A DNA stretch of 64,000 bases from Limisphaerales bacterium (GTDB lineage: Bacteria; Verrucomicrobiota; Verrucomicrobiia; Limisphaerales; JAJOIW01): NCBI GenBank assembly GCA_965657355.1, contig CBFHOE010000007.1:96001-160000 (forward strand). Reading direction: 5' to 3'. Below, piece after piece: positions 38,588-48,581 of the stretch. A model generated the notes under the pieces. It saw nothing but the letters and a program-made list of their open reading frames with translations. It ran no database searches and had not been told where the DNA came from. A program made the position numbers and the translations under genes. Positions within the stretch are counted from its first letter, which is position 1. The number at the start of each line of letters is the position of its first letter.

Positions 38588-38616
38588 AGACTAGAGAAAA
38601 GAATTCAAAGCGTCAA
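38588..38616 (-). promoter_or_regulatory. Candidate sigma70 promoter for the SulP gene
   Basis: Minus strand TTGACG-N17-TAGTCT. Confidence 0.55.
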
Positions 38617-38728
38617 TGGGTTTCACTGTAAATTTTATGTTTCAAAGTCAAGCGAATGTCATAAAATTCACGTGTCGCTTATTTACAGTATTAAAACAAT
38701 ACCTAAGTAAATCTAAAGCCATATCAAA

Positions 38729-41320
38729 ATGAAGCAGCTATTACTTTATGTCTCTCTGCTATGCGTCACTAAGCTCGGAGCAATGCAGGCACCTGATACC
38801 AACGATCGGTATACAAAGGACCTCGACACAAATATAACGATTCTTGAGGGCTTTGATGCAGAAATCCTATATTCCGTCCCCAAATCCCAAGGCTCCTGGG
38901 TTGCTATGACCTTTGATCCTAAGGGAAGACTCATAGTTTCTGATCAGGATGATAAAGGCGTATTCCGCGTCACTCTGCCACAGGAAGGCGATATAAATTC
39001 CAGGTTGAAAGTGGAAAGTCTAAAGGGATTTCCATACTTACCTGTCAGTTGGGGCCGACGAAAAGTTGGTGGTGCGTTAGGTTTTCTTTGGGCCTTCGAC
39101 AGTCTTTACATGTCAACCATGAAAGGATTTTACAGAGTAAGAGATACGGACGGGGATGACACTTTTGACGAATTCAAGCTGCTAAAGAAATTGGGTGTAG
39201 GTTACGAACATTCGGCACACTCGATAATAATGACCGAGGACAAAAAGGGATTATACCTGGTGACCGGAAACCACACTCCTTTACCGGCAGGCATTCCAAG
39301 CCTACTGCCTCCTGTTTGGGCTAATGATTCCTTGTTGCAAGAAATGCCAGATGCGATGGGGCATGCCAGGGGGATTCGTCCGCCGGCTGGTTGGATCTGC
39401 CGCATCTCTCCTGACGGAGAAGACTGGGTTATGGTTGCATCAGGTTTCAGAAACTCAGTGGATCTCGCCCTAAACCAGGAAGGTGAACTTTTCACATATG
39501 ACTCTGATCTTGAATTTGATATTGGTTTACCATGGTATAGGCCAACGAGAGTCAATCATGTTACATCGGGGAGTGAGTTTGGCTGGAGAACTGGCTCAGC
39601 TAAATGGCCAGAGTATTTTGAAGATGGCAATGGTGCGGTCATCAATATTGGGCCCGGGTCCCCCACGGGTATAAGTTTTGGTCACCATTCGAACTTCCCA
39701 AACAAGTTTAAAGACAAGCTGTTTATCTGTGATTGGACATTCGGTGCCATATATATTGTCGAGATGGAAGAATCAGGATCGAGCTATACCGGAATTAAAA
39801 AAGAATTTCTAAATGGTGAACCACTAAATATTTCAGCCATGCGGTTCGGACCAGATGGACACATGTATTTTCTTGTTGGTGGCAGGAATACAGACTCAAA
39901 ACTCTACAGAATCAAATACACTGGACCTGAGACAAGTGAACCTGAAAGACGATTAATCAAAAATCAAGAACTGAGGGACGTACGACATTCACTCGAGGCT
40001 TTCCACGGGGTAAACCAAGAAAACAGAGAGGTCATAGATAAGTCTTGGCCGTATTTATCTCATGAAGACAGAAATATCAGGTATGCCGCAAGAGTTGCCA
40101 TTGAGAATCAGCCAGTAAAATCTTGGCAAGAAAGAGTTTTTTCAGAAACAAATCCGAGAAGTCTCATCAATGCAGCCATTGCTCTGGCTCGCCACGGAGA
40201 TAAATCGCTTTCAGGCCGAGTTATTCAAACACTGAATTCAATCCCATTTAATTCTCTGGGCAAAACCGACAAATTAGCACTTCTTCGCGCTTATTCGCTT
40301 TGCTTTTTGAGACTAGAAAAACCGCCAGAAACAGTCATCAATTCCGTCATAGAAAAATTGGATACCCATTACCCAGCTAACGAAGAAACACTGGATATTG
40401 AATTGTGCAGAGTATTGAGCTACCTAAATGCGCCAAACGTCGTTTCCAAAACCGTAGCTCTTATGAAAGTCACTCAAACAAGAGCCATGGATTATGACGA
40501 AAAAGTCTTATCTCGACATGAATACGGAAAAGCCATTCTTGCAGCTATGGCCAATACCCCAAATATTCAAAATATACAATACGCCTATTCTCTAAGACGT
40601 GTGCAAAACAGTTGGTCTTTGGAGGACAGGAAATACTACTTTGGTTGGCTGAAGGAAACATTAGAAAAAAATGGGGGGAAAAGTTTTGCTGGCTACATTA
40701 GAGCTATTCGAGAGGATGCGATCGACCATCTTCCACCAGAAGCTAAGGCATCTGTATCTTGGCTCATTGGTGAGATTAACTCGATTGATCTTAAGAGTCT
40801 ACCATCTCCGAAAGGTCCTCCAGTTGCCTGGACAACAAAAGATGCTGTAAAGCTTTTTGAACAAAATTTGACCGGAAGGGATTATCAAAATGGAAAGACT
40901 ATGTTCTCTGCTGGAAAATGTGTTGCCTGTCACCGAATACAGGGGTCTGGTGGATATTCGGGACCAGGTTTAGGCTCAGTGGGAAGTCGTTACTCTATCC
41001 AGGATATTCTTCTTTCAATCATTGAACCAAGTCACTCTATTTCAGAACAGTATCAGGCTAGCGATATAACTTTGAAATCTGGTGAATCTTTATATGGACG
41101 AATAATCTATCAAAACGAAGATGAATTGGCACTCGCCTCGAATCCCTACAACCTTGGGGTTCTTAATAAAATTGAACCCAAGAAAGTGAAAACCATCAAA
41201 CCCTCCAATACATCACTGATGCCACCAGGAACTATTTTTGGAATGAACCAGGAGGAACTCAAGGACCTCATGGCTTATCTCATTTCAGGAGGAAATAGAA
41301 GACACCAGGTTTTCCAATAA
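38729..41320 (+). CDS. PVC-type beta-propeller/HEAT/heme-c protein
   Basis: Signal peptide; GSWVAMTFDPKGRL, GFRN, YDSDLEFDIG.PWYRPTR, GPGSPTG; CVACH, SLMP. Confidence 0.85.
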   Translation: MKQLLLYVSLLCVTKLGAMQAPDTNDRYTKDLDTNITILEGFDAEILYSVPKSQGSWVAMTFDPKGRLIVSDQDDKGVFRVTLPQEGDINSRLKVESLKGFPYLPVSWGRRKVGGALGFLWAFDSLYMSTMKGFYRVRDTDGDDTFDEFKLLKKLGVGYEHSAHSIIMTEDKKGLYLVTGNHTPLPAGIPSLLPPVWANDSLLQEMPDAMGHARGIRPPAGWICRISPDGEDWVMVASGFRNSVDLALNQEGELFTYDSDLEFDIGLPWYRPTRVNHVTSGSEFGWRTGSAKWPEYFEDGNGAVINIGPGSPTGISFGHHSNFPNKFKDKLFICDWTFGAIYIVEMEESGSSYTGIKKEFLNGEPLNISAMRFGPDGHMYFLVGGRNTDSKLYRIKYTGPETSEPERRLIKNQELRDVRHSLEAFHGVNQENREVIDKSWPYLSHEDRNIRYAARVAIENQPVKSWQERVFSETNPRSLINAAIALARHGDKSLSGRVIQTLNSIPFNSLGKTDKLALLRAYSLCFLRLEKPPETVINSVIEKLDTHYPANEETLDIELCRVLSYLNAPNVVSKTVALMKVTQTRAMDYDEKVLSRHEYGKAILAAMANTPNIQNIQYAYSLRRVQNSWSLEDRKYYFGWLKETLEKNGGKSFAGYIRAIREDAIDHLPPEAKASVSWLIGEINSIDLKSLPSPKGPPVAWTTKDAVKLFEQNLTGRDYQNGKTMFSAGKCVACHRIQGSGGYSGPGLGSVGSRYSIQDILLSIIEPSHSISEQYQASDITLKSGESLYGRIIYQNEDELALASNPYNLGVLNKIEPKKVKTIKPSNTSLMPPGTIFGMNQEELKDLMAYLISGGNRRHQVFQ

Positions 41321-41335
41321 CCAATAATGAGTTTT

Positions 41336-41361
41336 CGGGGACTGGAGCCCCCCGCTTTTTT
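41336..41361 (+). terminator. Possible intrinsic terminator
   Basis: CGGGG-loop-CCCCG then CTTTTTT. Confidence 0.45.
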
Positions 41362-41387
41362 GGTTGAGCTATATGTGAGTTATCTGT

Positions 41388-44300
41388 CTATTTTGAATTC
41401 ACTTTTGGGATTTTATCCAACTCCGTATCGGTCCAGGGAGTGGATCGATGTTCAAATTGCTTCCGGACTTTGGTGACCTCTTCTTTTGAAATAGATTCAG
41501 CCTTATTCCCCCAGGCGTATCTAACATAGGAAAGGATCTCGGCTAGCCGATCATCTCGTGTGATACCTAGTGCCTTGGCAGGAGCCATATAAGCCGCTGC
41601 ATAATTGTTGTCATTGATAGGCCCCGTCAAACCATTAATGAATACGGGGATCAGTTGATTAGGATCTCCCTGGACTCTTTTACTCTCTGCTAGAGCAGGC
41701 GCAAGTGGTTGCTCCAGCCCACTTATCTTCATTCCCAAACCATCAGCTCCATGACAGGATATGCAATATTGATAGTATTGTCTCTCTCCAGATTCAATAT
41801 GTCGCCTCTCTACCTTGGGCATCTCCTTGGGAAAATCAAGTCCTCTATTCCAATTAGCGATAGCTGATTTCCAACCAGATACAACACTTGAACGATCTTC
41901 TTGTTTAAGGCTATTAAAGGCTTCGCCGCTTTTTACTTCTGAAACAAATTCGAGGTGTGATTTTCCCCATAAAGAAATGGTAGCACTCATCATAACTCCA
42001 CGATCCCCCAAATGATTTCTGGCAGCTACCTGGATAGCATTTTCGGCTAGCTTTGAATCTGATAGACCAAGTGTATTTATGAGTTGCTGAACAACTCTGG
42101 GATTGTCATCTTCCTTCATTAAGAGGAGAAGTTGTATGTAATCCTCAATTTTTGTTTCAGCGATCCGTATACCAGCGATCCGTATGCAGGGTTCCTTATC
42201 ATGAAGAGCCGCTGATAACACATCTCTGGGAATCGCATCCATTCCTTCAAGGGTCCAAAGGGCATGAAGTCGTGCTAGTTTGTTTTGTGTATATCTAAAC
42301 GTTGACTCCAATAAAGGAATGACACTTTCCCTGTCATCCTTTAACAGAATGAGCTTTTGAGCCGTATCCCGCCACCAACCATTCGGATGGTGTAAATGCC
42401 TCACCAATTCAACAGTAGTTTCGCCGAGCATTTGAGGTTTTTTTCCTGGCTGAAAATCTTTATGCCTGATCCGCCAAATACGTCCCATTAATCTGTTGTT
42501 GACCAATCCAGACTCGCGAGTAAATTTCCGAGCGTTTGGATTCATCCAAGGGGCATCTTGAATGATACCCCTATACATATCTGTTACGTATAACATCCCA
42601 TCTGGAGCCGTTGCTGTATTCACAAAACGACAATTGATATCGCTTGATAACAAAAATTCTTTATTCTCCGACTCAGCTTTGGTGAGCATCAATTTGCCTC
42701 TTTGAAATTCAATATTAGAACGTCTAAGCACGTGAATCGTTGGGTCTACAAAGAAATACCTCCCTCTATCTTCGAATGGTAATTTATCGCCACGAAAAAC
42801 ACTTTGTCCGCAAGCTGAAGTAAATGATCGAACCTCGTGAGCTGAACCGCCTCTGTCGTTTAATAGGCACAAGCTTTTGACCTTCATGAAGTCAGGCTCA
42901 TAAGGATCGCCCAAAGTAATAGGTAAGCCATTGATTCTTTTTTTCGCTAATCGCTGGACGGTATACCAGTATTTTGGATGAATTTGTGCGGATACAAGAG
43001 GCCCGCTATTGTGTATCCAGTAAAGTCTTCCGAAATCATCATGTGTAAGCCCCCATTGGGTCCAATGACCTGGTTGCGGTTGGGGCCGCCAAACACCATC
43101 GGTGTATCGATAACGCTCCATGTTATAACTGATGTATATGTAGTTATCGATATTCCAGATAAGCCCCGAATCCTGATGTTCGACAGATGTATTTGGACCA
43201 TTACGGCTTCTTGGACCGTATTGGAAAAGAGGTTTTTTTTGATCGGCAACTCCATCACCATCAGAGTCTCGGTATGCGATGACATCCATGGTGTCTGACT
43301 CTCTGATAGCAATCCAGTCATCTAGCGGAAGTATCATCCTGGGGAGATTCAATTTATCAACAAAGACAGAAACTTTGTCCATTCTCCCATCGCCATCTGT
43401 ATCCACCAGCTTTTTAATCCTACCATTTCGTAATTTCTTAGTCCCTGTTCCATTTTCATCTTGCATGTAGCTTCTCATTTCGGCGACATACATAGCACCG
43501 TTGCCATCCCAGACTGTAAGAACGGGTTCTTCCACTTGGGGCTCTGAAGCCACTAGCTCAGCAACGTATCCGGGAGCAATTTGAAAGGTCGTGAGTTCTT
43601 CCTCTGGAGTTAAAACAGAATATGGGTTTCTATTTTTCTTTTCTTTGGCAGTGGATAAAGCACCATTACTCTTTTCGAGGTGTGGGTGATTCCACTGAAC
43701 CTGATTCGGAGGAATTATGCTCGTCGTTGATTCGTTGGGAAAACCCCCTGGCATCTGAATGGACACCGAACCTGTCGCCAAATATTCACAGCTGCGAGCA
43801 ACGATAGTTTGAAAACCAACACAATATAGTGCATCCCATGTTCGTTCTCCTCTATAGAAATGTCCCAGTGAAGTGACGATGGCTCGCCCTTTTCCGTATT
43901 TAACCTCCCAGGTTATAGGCTCATGTTTTCCAGTCCCCCGTTGTCGTGGATCAGAAAAAGCGGATGATAGAATGGTGAGATTATGGGCAGGCCCACGCAT
44001 ATTATGATAAAGTTCATCTCTTGCATGTAACCATACTACTGGCAGCCCTCGCATAATAGGGTGACTTGGCTCACGGATGGTAATTTGAAAAGGGTGTTTA
44101 GAGCCGTGGGCAGAATTTGAAGCAGTTAAGTCTGAATATTTTCTACCGGTTTCAGGATCAAACTTGATTGCTTTTCCATAAGGAGCTTTTCGCCAACCGA
44201 TGCCAATAATATCATTAAATTCCGGCCAATTAGAAAAGGCGTTGTTTGCAGCATGAACGAGTAAAATTCCGCCACCATCTTTTACATAATTGACAAAATC

Positions 44301-44711
44301 CTCTTGGACCCTGGTGGGCCAAGATTGGCCATTGTAATTTAGGACTACGCAATCGTATTTCTTAAAATCAGGATACCAATTCTCCCAATCTTTTTTTGCT
44401 CGCTCCTTAGCAGATTGGATCAATTCATTAAATTTAGTCTTGGCTACTTTGTATCTTTGTTGATCTTTGGGGTTATCTGATTTAGGAGCTCTGGGCTGGG
44501 TTGGGATACGAGATTCCGGAGCAGTCGAAACTGAGACAAGAAATTTCCCAGTAGATTGCAGTGTCGCTCTTATGGAGTCGGTAGTTATGCGCCAATTATG
44601 ATTATTCCTTCCATCAACAATCAAAACCTTGGATGGTTCATTTCCAGTTACTCCTTCAAAATGGAATACCAAACAAAGAAATAACAAAGTGATGAATAAT
44701 GGGCTTCTCAT
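41388..44711 (-). CDS. ThuA-like + PVC-type beta-propeller/HEAT + cytochrome c protein
   Basis: VDGRNNHNW, HAANNAF, DELYH, SLGH (ThuA-like); YVAEMRSYM, EFLLSSD, PDGMLYVTDMYRG; CISCHG with a distal Met (YMAP). Confidence 0.85.
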   Translation of the reverse strand: MRSPLFITLLFLCLVFHFEGVTGNEPSKVLIVDGRNNHNWRITTDSIRATLQSTGKFLVSVSTAPESRIPTQPRAPKSDNPKDQQRYKVAKTKFNELIQSAKERAKKDWENWYPDFKKYDCVVLNYNGQSWPTRVQEDFVNYVKDGGGILLVHAANNAFSNWPEFNDIIGIGWRKAPYGKAIKFDPETGRKYSDLTASNSAHGSKHPFQITIREPSHPIMRGLPVVWLHARDELYHNMRGPAHNLTILSSAFSDPRQRGTGKHEPITWEVKYGKGRAIVTSLGHFYRGERTWDALYCVGFQTIVARSCEYLATGSVSIQMPGGFPNESTTSIIPPNQVQWNHPHLEKSNGALSTAKEKKNRNPYSVLTPEEELTTFQIAPGYVAELVASEPQVEEPVLTVWDGNGAMYVAEMRSYMQDENGTGTKKLRNGRIKKLVDTDGDGRMDKVSVFVDKLNLPRMILPLDDWIAIRESDTMDVIAYRDSDGDGVADQKKPLFQYGPRSRNGPNTSVEHQDSGLIWNIDNYIYISYNMERYRYTDGVWRPQPQPGHWTQWGLTHDDFGRLYWIHNSGPLVSAQIHPKYWYTVQRLAKKRINGLPITLGDPYEPDFMKVKSLCLLNDRGGSAHEVRSFTSACGQSVFRGDKLPFEDRGRYFFVDPTIHVLRRSNIEFQRGKLMLTKAESENKEFLLSSDINCRFVNTATAPDGMLYVTDMYRGIIQDAPWMNPNARKFTRESGLVNNRLMGRIWRIRHKDFQPGKKPQMLGETTVELVRHLHHPNGWWRDTAQKLILLKDDRESVIPLLESTFRYTQNKLARLHALWTLEGMDAIPRDVLSAALHDKEPCIRIAGIRIAETKIEDYIQLLLLMKEDDNPRVVQQLINTLGLSDSKLAENAIQVAARNHLGDRGVMMSATISLWGKSHLEFVSEVKSGEAFNSLKQEDRSSVVSGWKSAIANWNRGLDFPKEMPKVERRHIESGERQYYQYCISCHGADGLGMKISGLEQPLAPALAESKRVQGDPNQLIPVFINGLTGPINDNNYAAAYMAPAKALGITRDDRLAEILSYVRYAWGNKAESISKEEVTKVRKQFEHRSTPWTDTELDKIPKVNSK

Positions 44712-44901
44712 TGGTTTTTATAAATATCCGACTTTGTCATAGATAGGCAAGATTTGTGGGTGTCATTTGTCCATACTCCAATCAAACAATAAAAGTTCAT
44801 GTATACATTAATACCTACATTCAAAAATTAAGGGCATAAAAACCCTTTTTTGTTAAAGTATTTTTCTGGATGCCTGAATCTACAGTCTCGACTAATTCAT
44901 C

Positions 44902-46332
44902 TTAAGCGATTATGTCCGAAATGACATGACCGTGGACATTGGTCAATCGTCGATCAATACCATTATGATACCAAGTTAAAGCTTCGTGGTTAATCCCCAA
45001 CAAATGAAGGACCGTTGCGTGAAAATCAGGCCATGTCACCTTGTTTGTTGCCGCCCTCCAACCAATGTCATCAGATTCACCGTATGCCATACCTCCTTTT
45101 AATCCGGCTCCTGCCATCCAAACGGTGAATCCATCGGCATTATGATCTCGCCCTAAGCCTAATTGATTGGCACCGGACTGAGTAAAAGGCGTTCTCCCAA
45201 ACTCTGAGGTAAATAAAAGGAGAGTATCATCCAACATTCCCCTTTGTTTCAGATCTTTAATCAAAGCAGCAACAGGTTGGTCGATAAGACCAGCCTCTCG
45301 TTGATGATTAACACGATTATTTTCGTGACCATCCCAGCCGTGTCTGGGCTTCCCGCCAAAAGCACCTCCCGAAAATAATTGAACGAAACGAACTCCTCTT
45401 TCGAGAAGGCGTCTGGAAAGAATACACCGCCTTGCACAATCTGCAGTTGTTGGATTATCGAGACCATAGAGATCCTTAATAAACCCCGGTTCAGAATTGA
45501 AGTCTACAGCTTCAGGAACTGAAACTTGCATTCTTGCAGCGAGTTCATAAGAGCGGATTCGAGCATTTAAAAGATCATTCCCATCGTGTAACTCAAGATG
45601 AGATGCATTCAGTTCCTTTAACAAATTAAAGGCTTCATTTTTGGATTCGGGTGAAAGTTTTTGGTTTGCAAAAAGATTACGAACGGGGTGAACTCCATCA
45701 CCAAAAAGGGTACCCTGGTGACGCGCCGGCAAAAATCCATTGGACCAATTCGATGCTCCTCCATTTGGCAAACTTCGGGCGTCTGGTAGCACCACAAAAG
45801 TTGGTAAAGATTCCGACTCATTTCCAAGTCCATAGGAAAGCCAGCTGCCCAGAGAAGGAAAACCATTAGACTGAAAACCACAAAGCTCCTGGAACATGGC
45901 AGGCATATGGTTTGCTGTATCCGCTACCATTGAATTAATGACAGTAAGATCATCGGCAACCGAAGCAAGGTTAGGGAATAGATCAGAAACCCAAAGCCCA
46001 CATTTCCCCCTTTGCCTAAACTTCCATTCGCTCTTTCTAAGCAACCCAATATTCCCAAAAAAGGTCTGAGGCTTTGCTCGAGATGGCAATGACTTACCAT
46101 GTAGTTTATCCAGTTGAGGTTTGTAATCAAATGAATCAACCTGACTAAATCCACCCACCAAACAAATATGGATAGCCCGTTTTGCCTTTGCAATTGGATG
46201 CCCCGATTCCAGGCTCCCAGAAGCATTTTGGCTTTGCCCAAGCAAATTAACCAAAGCGGCACTACCAAGGCCTGACACACTAAAGTCTAAAAAGGACCTT
46301 CGGCTTATTTGGTTATCTATGAGGGTGTTCAT
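44902..46332 (-). CDS. DUF1501 domain protein (Tat-exported)
   Basis: SRRSFL leader; GGFSQVDSFDYKP, SYELAARMQ, RRLLERGVRFVQ, WDGH, SEFGRTP, GRDH. Confidence 0.92.
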   Translation of the reverse strand: MNTLIDNQISRRSFLDFSVSGLGSAALVNLLGQSQNASGSLESGHPIAKAKRAIHICLVGGFSQVDSFDYKPQLDKLHGKSLPSRAKPQTFFGNIGLLRKSEWKFRQRGKCGLWVSDLFPNLASVADDLTVINSMVADTANHMPAMFQELCGFQSNGFPSLGSWLSYGLGNESESLPTFVVLPDARSLPNGGASNWSNGFLPARHQGTLFGDGVHPVRNLFANQKLSPESKNEAFNLLKELNASHLELHDGNDLLNARIRSYELAARMQVSVPEAVDFNSEPGFIKDLYGLDNPTTADCARRCILSRRLLERGVRFVQLFSGGAFGGKPRHGWDGHENNRVNHQREAGLIDQPVAALIKDLKQRGMLDDTLLLFTSEFGRTPFTQSGANQLGLGRDHNADGFTVWMAGAGLKGGMAYGESDDIGWRAATNKVTWPDFHATVLHLLGINHEALTWYHNGIDRRLTNVHGHVISDIIA

Positions 46333-46347
46333 TTTGAGGTCTATATT

Positions 46348-48531
46348 TTAATCTATAAATATAAATTCGTTGCTATTGAATAATACGCGGCACAAAAGGC
46401 TCAGCCCTCGGTTAATTACAAATTGGACCGACCTTTCTTTCTCTTCTGAAGTAGGCCTCCTGCCCAAAACTAACTCCCAACTTCGAGTAACCTGCAACTC
46501 AACAGACCCACCAGTTTCTTCCTTGATTTTTTGTTCCAATTTTTTAGACATGCGCAATATAAAACTATCATTCCATTGACTTAATGCCTGCGACGGAGTT
46601 GTCGTCACCATACGCACTGGTGTTTTGGTCGATGGATCAGGACAGTCAAACGAATCTAACAAAGCACTTCTTTGGCCTCTAGCATTCCACCTATATAAAG
46701 TACGTCGATTATATTCTTCACCTTCGGGATCAATGGGAGAATAATAGAATGCCGGGGCGACCTGAACGATTTTTACATCAAGATAGCTTGGCCCAAATAG
46801 TTTGGAGTTCAATTGGCCCGAGATCTCCAGTATGGAATCTCTTAAAACTTCTGCCTCTACACGCCGCGGATTTTGTCGCCATAACAATCTGTTTTCTGGA
46901 TCGATTGCCTCACCCTCCGACCTTAGTTTTGAATCCTGCTTGTAGGTTGAAGACAATAAAATTAATTTGTGGAGCTTTTTCATGGAGTATCCGTTGTCAC
47001 GAAACCATGCAGCAAGCCAGTCAAGGAGCTCTGGGTGACTTGGGAGACCGCCATTGAAACCAAAGTCACTTGGCGACTCCACAATCCCTTTACCAAAGTG
47101 ATAATGCCAAATTCTATTAACAGCCACTCTTTGAAAGAGGGCATTGTTTTTATGGGTGACCCAATTAGCAAGCCGCTTCCGGCGTTCACCATCCGAATCA
47201 GCTTTGGAATCATAAAAATCAGAATTGAGATTTTTCAGAGAAGCTATCCCGCCAGGCTTTACTTCTTCAGACGGTAGATTTACATCACCCCTCTCATAAA
47301 CCTTCATAACTCCAGGCTTTCTGGATATAACTGTATAAACCGTTTGCTCTGTCTTTGAACCACCGTTACCAGAATGATTTTTAGAGGTATATATTTTCCT
47401 TTCTCCATGATGAACCCCATCCAATGCTGCAATGAAACCATAATATTCCCGCATTGATATAGGATCGAATTTATGGTCGTGGCATCGCGCACAATTTATT
47501 GTCAGCCCTAAAAAGGTTTGCCCAATAGTTCCTGCGAGTTCCTCGAATTCATCGTGCCGCCCTGATAGTTTCATGGCTGGATTGACACCTAAAATCGTAT
47601 TATGAGCACCTGCAACTAAAAACCCAACAGCGGCAGCTCCATCGTAGGAATCGCTATTGATAATGTCCCCCGCTAATTGCATTTTTGAAAAGGAATCAAA
47701 GGGCATGTCATCATTGAATGCCCTTATCAGCCAGTCCCTATAGTGCCATGAATGATAGCGAGGCCGATTGTATTCATATCCATCACTCTCTCCGAATCGA
47801 ACAACATCCATCCAATGTCGCGCCCAGCGCTCCCCATAATGTGGCGAGGCTAATAAATCATCGACTAATTTTTCCCATGCTTTATTGGTCGGATTACCAC
47901 TAAATTTATTAATGACATCGACGGGGGCTGGTAAACCGACAAGATCAATATAGAGCCGTCTCACCAGAGATCTTGGATTTGCTTCGGGAGATGGTCTTAG
48001 ATCGTGACTTTTCAATTTAGATAAGACGAACTGATCTATCTCATTTTCCGACCAAGAATCATGTTTAATTTGTGGGATCTTAGTTTTAGCAATGGGTTGG
48101 AGAGACCACCAATCATAACCAGCTCTCTGGTCCGAAGTATAAAGAAAAGGATTTATTGGTTCTGCCCCCCATTTTGCTCCCTCAGCAATCCAACTTTTTA
48201 TAACCTCTTTTTCCTTTACAGGTAGTGGATACTTAGGAGGCATTTCATCATCCTCTAATTGCTTCCAAAGTAGACTTTCTTCAGGATTACCTGGAACTAA
48301 TACGAGGCCGCTTTCCCCACCTTTCAGAGCAGAGTCATTCCTACTGAGATCAAGATTTCCTTTGGGCTCACTACCACTATGACATTTTAAACAATGCGCT
48401 GCCAGTATAGGAGCGACTGTCTTGTCAAAATAATCTTTACTGCTCTCAATGGGTGTTGTTTGTGGGAGTTCTTCAGCTACAACTAAAGAATGAAACAACA
48501 GGTATGAAAGGATCAAATAGCTTAATTTCAT
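46348..48531 (-). CDS. Planctomycete cytochrome c + DUF1549 + DUF1553 protein
   Basis: CLKCH, MPP, WWSLQP, YGERWARHWMD, CARCHDHKFDP, PSHPELLDWL, FDCPDP, NSNEFIFID. Confidence 0.92.
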   Translation of the reverse strand: MKLSYLILSYLLFHSLVVAEELPQTTPIESSKDYFDKTVAPILAAHCLKCHSGSEPKGNLDLSRNDSALKGGESGLVLVPGNPEESLLWKQLEDDEMPPKYPLPVKEKEVIKSWIAEGAKWGAEPINPFLYTSDQRAGYDWWSLQPIAKTKIPQIKHDSWSENEIDQFVLSKLKSHDLRPSPEANPRSLVRRLYIDLVGLPAPVDVINKFSGNPTNKAWEKLVDDLLASPHYGERWARHWMDVVRFGESDGYEYNRPRYHSWHYRDWLIRAFNDDMPFDSFSKMQLAGDIINSDSYDGAAAVGFLVAGAHNTILGVNPAMKLSGRHDEFEELAGTIGQTFLGLTINCARCHDHKFDPISMREYYGFIAALDGVHHGERKIYTSKNHSGNGGSKTEQTVYTVISRKPGVMKVYERGDVNLPSEEVKPGGIASLKNLNSDFYDSKADSDGERRKRLANWVTHKNNALFQRVAVNRIWHYHFGKGIVESPSDFGFNGGLPSHPELLDWLAAWFRDNGYSMKKLHKLILLSSTYKQDSKLRSEGEAIDPENRLLWRQNPRRVEAEVLRDSILEISGQLNSKLFGPSYLDVKIVQVAPAFYYSPIDPEGEEYNRRTLYRWNARGQRSALLDSFDCPDPSTKTPVRMVTTTPSQALSQWNDSFILRMSKKLEQKIKEETGGSVELQVTRSWELVLGRRPTSEEKERSVQFVINRGLSLLCRVLFNSNEFIFID

Positions 48532-48581
48532 GCAAAGAAACTTTCCTAAACAAAAATCATTATAATGAATTGAGAAGAGTT

